In this document: piece after piece, positions 47,737 through 64,000 of the stretch
Numbering within the stretch: position 1 is the stretch's first letter
Layout of the letters: every line of letters begins with the position of its first letter
Assembly: GCA_012295275.1 (NCBI GenBank)
Contig: CM022677.1
Span: 27,032,001 to 27,096,000, forward strand
Reading direction: 5' to 3'
Length of the DNA stretch: 64,000 nucleotides
From: Chrysomallon squamiferum
Lineage: Eukaryota > Animalia > Mollusca
Notes under the pieces: generated by a model
Databases searched by the model: none
What the model saw: the letters and a program-made list of their open reading frames with translations, nothing else
Told to the model about the DNA's origin: nothing
Translations under genes and position numbers: made by a program

Positions 47737-48439
47737 TACTACTACTACTATACTATTATTAATAGTTGTGCTCGTCTTGCTGCTGTTGTAGTTGCTTTTG
47801 ATTTTCTTCTTCTAGATGTTAATGCAGACATAATTTTAATTTATGTGTATTAGTTATCATACACCTGATATATTACTTCAATTTTACTAAACAAACTTTG
47901 TTGGTATTGGTGCTATTTTTCTTGTAATTGTCGTCGTTCTAACTGCGCTTATTATTGTTCTTTTTATGGTTGATGTTATTGTTGTGGTTGTTGTGGTTGA
48001 TGTTATTCTTATTGTTGTTGTTATTGTTAATACTAACGACAGTAAAGTTCATCACTCTGATCTGTGCAGTCCTTTACCCCGTCGCAAAACTTCATGCCCT
48101 CTATGCATTTACCATTCTGACACTTAAATTGCATAGAATTGCATACATCAATTTCAACTGTAACAAAAATTATTTTACCATTTGCCTTTAGATAACAAAA
48201 AATAATTACTTATATATTCACACGCACACACATACAAACACACGCTCAAACATAGGCACAAACACACATTCAGAAACACCCACAGACACACAAACAAAAA
48301 CAAACACACTCATATACACAGAGAAACACGAACACACACGTGCATACACATCTGTCTTCGTTTTATAAGTTTTAAATATCAATTGTTTACCTTCTGGGAA
48401 TGAAATAAAGTTGATACCGAGGAGAAACGACACAAACAT
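46132..48439 (-). CDS. Gene 3b: secreted SP - LDLa - IgV paralog
   Basis: Exons: 48439-48391, 48157-48038 ([35 protein letters not shown]), 47460-47086 (IgV), 46139-46132 (LR*). Confidence 0.85.
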
Positions 48440-49324
48440 TGCAGATGTGTATTGTGTAATATTTCACTCTGTTGTTCGTTTCACGTTAACATGATATATT
48501 CTCAGTAACTAATTAAAGGTATTGTATTGTCGATTTTAAAAAAAACAACTGAATCATCTCTGAATCGGATTTCAATTTAAAATGATGACCGAATTAATCG
48601 TCAATTTATTATATTTTATTGTTTAATGGTTATTATCATCATCATAATTATTATTCTCATCATTATCACAATTATTCTTACTATTATCATCATCAGAGTC
48701 ATCATCATTGTCATTATTATTATTGTTGTTATTGTTGCTGGTTGTCATTATTACTATCGTTATTGTTATTGTTGTTATTACTTCACTATTACTATTACAA
48801 TTATTACGATTATCTTAATCATCATCATCATCATCATCATCATTATTAGTATTGTTATAATTTATGGCAGAGTGTAGATGTGTATAAGTGTGTCTGTACG
48901 TCTGTGTGTTTTAGTAGCTTTAATCCTGGTAAATTCCTTGCAAATGACCATTCTGTTCAATTTGTTATTCAAAAAGCATTTCGACAGTATCGTCCACGAT
49001 TGGCTTGTTTCTTTGATGTTTCATTAGGTAAGCTATTCATTCGTCCTCTTTCATCAACATACCAGCAGTAAACAAAAGTGACAAACAGATGTGTTAGTAA
49101 AATTCAGATTTGTGATTTAAGCCGTGATTCGACGTGCAGTGTCACACACCTGTTCCCGTTTTATGCAGATATGTTTATAAATTACGCCTGTCATTTGTTT
49201 TGAAAGTTTTTATTTTTGATGTTGTTTTTTTATGCAGTTCAACAGGTGTTTACGTAATGTTATTGAAACACCCGCACGCAGACACACACACACACACATA
49301 CAACCACACAGACACACACACATA

Positions 49325-49427
<103 letters not shown>

Positions 49428-49594
49428 GTATGAACAGCATGGTCATGGCCTGTTTAATTTCTTTATCATTATTATTAGTTGTCTTTGTTATTGTTCTTTG
49501 TTCTTATTGCTGTTCTTTTTCTTACTGGTTGTTGTTATTATTACTGTTACTACTATTGCTGTTGTTGTTATTACTATTACCTACAGTTCTGTAG

Positions 49595-49659
<65 letters not shown>

Positions 49660-51165
49660 ATTTTTAATGTATTTCTCTTTTTTCTTAATCGTTCTTTTTT
49701 TTTTTTTTTTTTTTTTTTATAATAAACGCACAGTTTATCACTGATCTCTCAGCACTGTTAGAAGATAATCGGAGTTTTGTACTCAGTATCTACAGTTTAC
49801 ATTCCATGTCACAAGGGACAGTATATATATATATACACATTATTTTGTTCATGCTACATGTGGCAGTCTGTAGACTTTTTATATCTGATGTCACAATCAA
49901 TACTCCAAAGATATATTATAGTTGATATCACAAGCGACAGTCTATAGGCATTTCTGTTGTTTATATAGCAACCGAGTCGTATATATCTTTATATTTAATA
50001 TCATAAAAGACAACCTATAAGTGAGTACGTAGGTTAGAATCCTTTTCAAATACGTAAGTAATAGTTCGAATTGAATACGTTCGTAATAATGTGATTTAAA
50101 TACGTATGTAATAGTACGTATCAGTGCGATTCAAATACGTATGTAACAATGCGAAGTGAATACGTATGGACAATGCGAAGTGAGTACGTACGTAAAAATG
50201 TGGTTCAAATACGTATGTACTAGTGCGAAATGTCTAAGTAGGTAAAAAATATAATTGAAATGCCTATGTAATAGTGCAAGAAGGTACGTATGTAATAATG
50301 AGATTCAAATAGGTATGTAGGTGCGAACTGAGTACATACGTAATAATTTGATTCCAATATGTATGTAATATTTTTGTATGTGTGTATGTAATAGTGTCAT
50401 TCAAATACGTATGTAATAGTGTGATTCAAATACTTATGTAACAGAGCAAAGTGACTACGTCGGTAACAACAACTTGATAAAAATAATAATGTGATAAAAT
50501 ACGTATATTACTGTGTGACATAAATATGTATGTCATACAAGTACGCATGCCATAGTGACAGTGATATAATTCTTAATATTGTGATGCCAGTACGTAAGTA
50601 CTATTATGAAAACAAAATACGTATATTATTGTTAGTGATAAGAAATAAGCATGCCATATTTAGATAAACAAATGACACGAATACGTATCTAACATAAATA
50701 AATAAATATGTGATATACGTGCAGTAGTATGATATGTATGTTTCTAATTTGAGTGACCGTGTTCTTTGTGTGTCAGTAAACTTGTCTACAGGCGAATGAT
50801 AGGCTGACAACGAGTAGCTGTACACAAGTTTAGTTTCAGAAATGTCTGTTTGAATGATATACAGAATGATAGTTTTGATTGTATAGTTTTCTCATTGGGA
50901 TCCAATATAATTTTCTCCATTTTATAGTTTTTCCAGTGAGATAACCTCTGCAGTCTTTATTCTGCCAGTTTGTTTCATTCCAAGTCTTTCTGATTCATCC
51001 ATCCTTTGTCTCGCAAGTCTGCCTCTCTTTCTCTCGTCTCCAAATGGTGATATGCCAAGTGGAAAAAACAACAAATAATCAAATAACTGATTGCAAGTGA
51101 ACATATTTTTATTAATTTTCTCTCTAAAGTCCCGCCAGGGTAGATAACTGTCTCTCAAATTTCCA

Positions 51166-51904
51166 TCACACTGAAAAATAAATAAATAGATAAATCAACG
51201 GACAGACGTACATTCAGACAAAAGCAGATATCTACTCATCGCGTCATACTATCGATACATCAGCTGTCTTATTGATCGATCGCAACATCAGTGGCTCAAT
51301 AGCTCGCACTCACATCGATTATGATTGCAACTAGTGATATCCATAGTGTTAAGCTGTTGATATCTCTATATGTATGAATTTATGTAACTAAATGTTTTGT
51401 CTATGTTTGTGTGTGTCTGTGTGTGTCTATGTTGTTGTTGATGTTGTTAATGTTTTAATTGATCACGAAAAGAAAACTAAATGTCTCACTTACAGACCAC
51501 TTGCACTTTGTCTTCTTTGAAGTCCATCACCGAATCAGTCTTCATGTAGAAAACTTTACAGTAGTACTGGCCTTCGTCCTCCTTGACAACACGGTGCAGC
51601 ACGATCTTTACATGCGACATGGCGTTGTCGTAGTTGAACATCCTGCCAGTGATCGTCATACGACTGCTTTCAGAAGTGTCACTGAAGAACGGGCGGCCAT
51701 TTTCTCTCTCCTGTCCGGCTAAAACGATCGGTCGACTGCCAAAATCAGTCGAGTATTTGCCAAATTCCATCAGTTTAATTTTCTGTTTTATCATGTCTGG
51801 TCGACACAGGAATGTCATTTCCTTTTCGTCTTTGTCGTATAAGTATGTCAGAACCACCCATCCAACTACCATGTGTGGATTTTGATAATAATAACAATAA
51901 TAAC

Positions 51905-51986
<82 letters not shown>

Positions 51987-52067
51987 GTTGTACTAGTAGT
52001 AGTAGTAGCAGTAGTAATAATAACATCATTATTACTATTAATGTTATTATTATCATGATCATTATCA

Positions 52068-52122
<55 letters not shown>

Positions 52123-52850
52123 GGTGTTAAATGGTATTATTATTACTACTACTACTACTACTATTATTATACTGTTATTAATAGTTGTGTTGCTGTTGCT
52201 TTTTTTGCTGTAGATGTTGCTGTTGTAGTTGTTCTTCTTATATATGTTAACGCTGACATTAATTTATTTATATTACTTATATTTTTACTCTTCTTGTTAG
52301 TGCTATTGTTGTTGCGGTGGTGTTCGTGCTATTTTTCTTGTAGTTGTCGTTCTAACTTGGTTATTGTTGTGGTTGTTGTGGTTGTTGTGGATGATGTTAT
52401 TTGTAGTCTTGTTGTTGTTGTTAATACTAACGACAGTAAAGTTCATCGGTCTCATCTGTGCAGTCTTTTATACCGTCGCAAAACTTCATGTGTTCTATGC
52501 AGTTACCATTCCGACACATAAATTCTACAGTACTGCACTCATCAATATCACCTGTAACAAAAATTACGTTGCCATTTCCCTTTAGATAACAAAACATAAT
52601 TACTTATATATTCATACATTCACATACACACACACTCGCAAACATAGAAACTAACACACATTCACAAAAACCCACAGACACACAAACACAAACACACACA
52701 TAGACAAACACAAACACACACATAGACACACACAAACACAAACACACACGTACATACACATATTTCTTTATCTTTTAAATTTTAAATATCAATTGTTTAC
52801 CTTCTGCGAATGAAATAAAGGATGAATCCGAGGAGAAACGACACAAACAT
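51166..52850 (-). pseudogene. Gene 3c: SP - LDLa - IgV paralog with a +1 frameshift in the signal-peptide exon (pseudogene or consensus error)
   Basis: SP exon 52850-52801 is 50 nt against 49 nt in the paralogs, giving an immediate TGA after splicing. LDLa 52551-52432, IgV 51865-51494 and the last exon 51170-51166 are intact. Confidence 0.65.
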
Positions 52851-53245
52851 TGCAGATGTGTATTGTGTAATATTTCACTCTGTTGTTCGTTTCACGTTAA
52901 CATGATATATTCTCAATGAATAATTAAAGGTATTGTATTGTCGATTTTATTAACAGCAACTGAATCATCTCTGAATCGAATTTTAATTTAAAATGATGAC
53001 CGAATTGATCGTTAATTTATTATATTTTTCTGTTTAATGATTATTATCATCATCATCATCATTATTATTATCATTATCGTCACCATTATTACTATTATTA
53101 TCATTACCATCATAATCATTGTCATTATTACTATCGTTGTTGTTATTGTTATTGCTGTTGTTGTTGTTGTTGTTGTTGTTACTATTGTTATCGTTATTGT
53201 TGTTATTCCTTCAATGTTATTACTATTATCACTATTGTGATTATT

Positions 53246-53332
<87 letters not shown>

Positions 53333-53724
53333 TATGGCAGAGTGTGTCTGTATGTCTCTGTGTTTTAGTAGCTTTAATCCTGGTAAATTCTTTGCAAATG
53401 ACCATTTTGTTCAATCTGTTATTCAAAAAGCATTTCGACAGTATCGTCCACGATTTGCTTGTTTCTTTGTTGTTTCATTAGGTAAGCTATTCATTCGTGC
53501 TCTTTCATCAAAATACCAGCAGTAAACAAAAGTAACAAACAGATGTGTTAGTAAAATTCAGTTTTGTGACTTAAGACATAATTCGACGTGCAGTGTCACA
53601 AACCACATAGGCAGACACGTGTGTTCCCGTTTTATGTAAACATGTTTATAAATTAGCCTATCGTTTCTTTTGAAAACCTTTTCTTTTTATGCACTTCAAA
53701 CAGTATTTACGTAATGTCTACGAA

Positions 53725-53755
<31 letters not shown>

Positions 53756-53893
53756 CACAGACACAAACACACACACACACACACAAATTTGAAGCAGAAG
53801 GACATGGTCGATTTAATTTCTTTTTCATTGTTATTATTTTTTTTTTTTTTTTATTACTTTTTTGTTATTTTATTTGTTACTATTATTGCTGTC

Positions 53894-53942
<49 letters not shown>

Positions 53943-55372
53943 TTATTAATGTATTTCTCTTTTTTCTTTGTTTTTTATATTTTTTATTTAATAAAAATAA
54001 ACGCACAGTTTATCACTGATCTCTCAACACTATTAGAAGATAATCGGAGTTTTGTAAACAATATCTACAGTAAACATTCCATGTCACAAGCGAGAGTTTA
54101 TATCTTTTTTTGTTCATGTTACATGCGGAAGTCCGTAGTCTTTTTTTATTTAATGTCACAATCAATACTCCAAAGATATTTTATAGTTGATGTCACAAGC
54201 GACAGTCAATAGACATTTCTGTTGTTGATATCGCAAGCGAGTCATATATATTTTACATTTGATCTCATAAGAGACAACCTATCAGTGAGTACTTACGTAA
54301 TAATGCGATTCAAATACGTATGTAATAGTGCAAAGTCAATACGTACGTAAAAATGTGATTCAAATACCTATGTAATAGTGCGAAGTGAATGCGTACGCAA
54401 TAATGTGATTAAAATATGTATGTATAGTGTCATTCAAATACGTATGTAATAATGTCAAAAATTGATTTAAATACGTACTGATTCAAATATGTAATAGTGT
54501 GATTCAAATGAATGCGTACGTAATAATGTGATTCAATACGTATGAGTGTCATTCAAATACGTATGTAATAGGCGAAGCGAAGTGCGTACGTAATAATGTG
54601 ATTCAAATACTTAAGTATTAGTGCAAAGCGATTCAAATAACAACGTATAAAAAAATAATAATGTGATTCAAATACGTCTATTACTGTGTGATAATAATGT
54701 ATGTGATTCAATTTCGTATGTAATAGGTGCGAAGTGAGTACATACGTACTAATGTGATAAAAATACGTATATTACGGTAATGATAAAACATCCGCATGCC
54801 ATAGTTAGATAAACAAATAACACGAATACGTATCTAACATACATGACTTAAGACATGATGACTATGTGGTATACGTCTTATAGTATGATATGTACGTTTG
54901 TAATTCGAGTGACCGTGTTCTTTGTGTGTCAGTAAAGTTGTCTGCAGGCGAATGATAGGCTGACAACGAGCAGCTGTTCACAAGTTTAGTTTCAGAAACA
55001 TTTTTTTGGTTCATGTTACATGCGGCAGTCTGTACACTTTTTATATCGGATGTCACAATCAATACTCCAAATATATTTTATAGTTGATGTCACAAGCGAC
55101 AGTGTATAGGCATTTCTGTTGTTGATATGGTAAGCGAGAGTCACATATATATTTTATATTTAATGTGATAAGAGCCAACCTATATGGTTTTTAAGTCCAT
55201 ATTACAAGCTCAACCTATACACAGATTTTATTTTTCACGCCACAAGCAACAGTCTATAGAAATTTTATATTTTAAGTCCTTAGCGACAATCTACAGTCAT
55301 TTTATATTTCATATTAATATATACATAAATAAATAAATAAATAAATGAAAAATATAACTACATCAAAACAGT

Positions 55373-61516
<6,144 letters not shown>

Positions 61517-62524
61517 AGCTGAAATAAATAAAGTAAATAAAATACAGCATGATGCTATAAAATAATAACAACATACTTGTAGTAGTAACAGTAGAGGTAC
61601 TATAGTAGTAGCAGAAATTGTAGTAGTTGTTATAATATAATTATAATAATAGTTTTTGTCAATAGCTATGGCAACTGTAGTGGCAATAGTAGTATGATAG
61701 TACTATTGGCAGTATTAAAAGTATCAGCAATAGTAATAAGAAGGAACAATATTAGTGTCAGTACTTATATTAATAGAAGTAAATAGTAATAGTTGTATTA
61801 TCAGTAGTAGCAATACTAATAGTAGCAGTGGTTGTAGAGGTGGTGATGGTGGTAGAAGTGATACACAAAATTAAAGGAAATCAACTTTAAAACGATAATA
61901 ATAATAATAATAATAATTGTTTTAGTAGGGCCTATTATTTATCACATTACAAAAGCGTTGTTATTTTGGCGAACGAGTCGAAACCATCAATGAAAAGTTG
62001 ACTACACGATTTCTAAGAAAATGTGACTGATGGCTCAGAGACAAAGTGTAACTAAATACACAGAAAGATAGCCAAATTAAATTAATTATCAATATTACAT
62101 TAAACATTAACAAAATACATTTTATAAAGCTGACTGAAGAAATTTCCAGACCTGGTTCGTACGCAATGTTTGAGCCTGCACTTTCTAAAACACACATGTA
62201 CCTTAATTATTACGTTAACAGCTTCCCATAAATATAAGGATCCACAAAAACGTTATACGATTTAGTTAAATATGTTAAAAGTGCTGAAGGTTGTTTGTTA
62301 CCTGCAATCATTATCGGTGTTTAGTAAAGAATTCTTAATCGATATGTTTATTTAGAATGACGCAATCAAAAGGAAATGGAAGAAAGAGTTTGAGTGCCAC
62401 GTCACTGATACTGCTGTACTCAAAACAGAGCTAACAACCGCACAACCGTATTTTATCACCCAAATTTATTTATTTATTTATTTATTTATTTGCTGCTGGT
62501 GTAGTTGATGTTTTTGTTGTTGTT

Positions 62525-62557
<33 letters not shown>

Positions 62558-62708
62558 ATTATTATTATTATTATTATTTATTTATTTAATTATTTATTTA
62601 TTATAAAATGATTCATTATTAATAATATTCCCGGCTGGAACTATTACATCAAAAATTAAAACCCATTATATCACCGTAACCCAATTTATTTATTTATTTA
62701 TTTATTTA

Positions 62709-62759
<51 letters not shown>

Positions 62760-62851
62760 TATTGTATTATTATTAAAAAAAATGTATTATTATTATTATT
62801 ATTCGTGTTGCCACTGTTGTCGTTGCTGTTGTCGTTCTTACTTTTCTTAAG

Positions 62852-62876
62852 TGACGTCATATTAGCGTATGACGTT
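62852..62876. promoter_or_regulatory. Tandem CRE-like sites (TGACGTCA + TGACGTT) between divergent genes 4 and 5
   Basis: Perfect CRE at 62852-62859 and a half-site at ~62870, ~0.55 kb 5' of ATG 63400. Confidence 0.4.
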
Positions 62877-63155
62877 AATTGACAAGACCAAATGAGTTGG
62901 ATATCATATGTACAGTTTGTAGGTATATCTCAGCTTAATCCTCGACGTTAGTTTTGTATGTATGTATGTATGTATGTATGTATGTATGTATGTATGTATG
63001 TGTGTATGTATGTATGTATGTATGTATGCATGCTTGTGCGATTTTGATTTTGTGTACATGAATACACAAGCAGTTTAAAAACCGAGTCCTTTAGTCCACG
63101 ATATTTCATAAAGTGATATTTTCATAATTTTCCTGGAATTTTCTTACGAATGTAT

Positions 63156-63210
<55 letters not shown>

Positions 63211-63399
63211 AATTTATTTTATAAAGATATAACTATTTTAGTTGTATCGCCATATACTCTGTTTTAGCCACTACTGTTATAATATCAAGGGAGGTAACTT
63301 GTACAGAGTTGACCTAAAGCATAGTTATTTCTGCATGTATGAATGTCTTTGAGAGATTTGCAAACGATTTCAACTTTCTTTTGTAATTTCAGCAACACC

Positions 63400-63454
63400 A
63401 TGAAGAACATAAAATTTCGATTTTTGATAATCCAAGGATTTTTACTGGACTATG
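63400..63454 (+). CDS. Gene 5 (3'-partial): first coding exon, signal-peptide-like, resembling that of gene 2
   Basis: Acceptor tttcag at 63392, then caccATG and MKNIKFRFLIIQGFLLDY G|gtttgt. Same 55-nt length, phase and TATG|GTTTGT junction as gene 2 exon 1. Confidence 0.5.
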
Positions 63455-63524
63455 GTTTGTTTTGTTCGTTTCATTTTATGTTGTTGTTGTTGTGTTTGTT
63501 GTGTTTATCATTCTTTTAAAAACG

Positions 63525-63555
<31 letters not shown>

Positions 63556-63779
63556 AAAAATATATATATATATATATATATATGAATTAATAATAAGCGA
63601 TAAATCAGTAATAACAAAAGCAGCTATTACTGCTATAAGGATGTAAAAGAAAAAAGAAGAAAAAGTGTTAATTACAATTATACTAACTGTAACACTAATA
63701 ACAATAACACAAGATCACTGAAGGTAATGTCATCAACATGAATAAATAATAACAACAACAACAAAATAATAATAATAAC

Positions 63780-63830
<51 letters not shown>

Positions 63831-64000
63831 GTTATTGTTATTGTTAATACAAAAATTATAATAGTAACAATAACAACAAACATTCACAAATAACAATAAC
63901 ACAGTAATATTAATGATGATGATGATGATAATAATGAGAATTATGAGAATAATAATAATAATAATAATAATATAATGATAATAATAATGAGGATGATGAG

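Noticed and set aside
50922-51158. ORF RDSYLPWRDF...YLLFFPLG as a membrane anchor for gene 3
   Set aside because: The IgV exon ends in phase 1, which gives an immediate stop; this frame is 3'UTR or flank containing AATAAA.

Overview
Eukaryotic (animal) genomic DNA: AT-rich, dense in microsatellites, with a 200-N assembly gap at 1679-1878. A mollusc or other lophotrochozoan is my guess from composition and Ig style and is not proven. Most ORFs in the supplied track are simple-repeat noise. Manual GT-AG splicing with frame-consistent intron phases shows a cluster of modular cell-surface and secreted protein genes. Gene 1 (+, <2451-24562, 5' end missing) is a large type I membrane protein. Its ectodomain comes from near-identical exon+intron tandem units: 3x [~104-aa six-Cys domain + TSP1], then 6x [six-Cys domain + two 36-nt Lys-rich microexons]. 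These are followed by an Ig domain, a microexon stalk, one TM helix and a ~740-aa Lys-rich repetitive cytoplasmic tail. Gene 2 (+, 30251-37141) is SP-TSP1x4-IgV-TM-tail. Genes 3a/3b/3c (-) are three tandem paralogs encoding small secreted SP-LDLa-IgV proteins; 3c has a frameshift. Gene 4 (-, 55373-61516) is SP-IgV-TM. Gene 5 (+, from 63400) is a signal-peptide exon resembling that of gene 2. The IgV exons of genes 2, 3 and 4 are paralogous and lack the canonical C-strand Trp. The locus looks like an exon-shuffled, rapidly duplicating recognition/adhesion cluster (gamete recognition or immune/allorecognition), but function is inference. No expression data or database searches were available.
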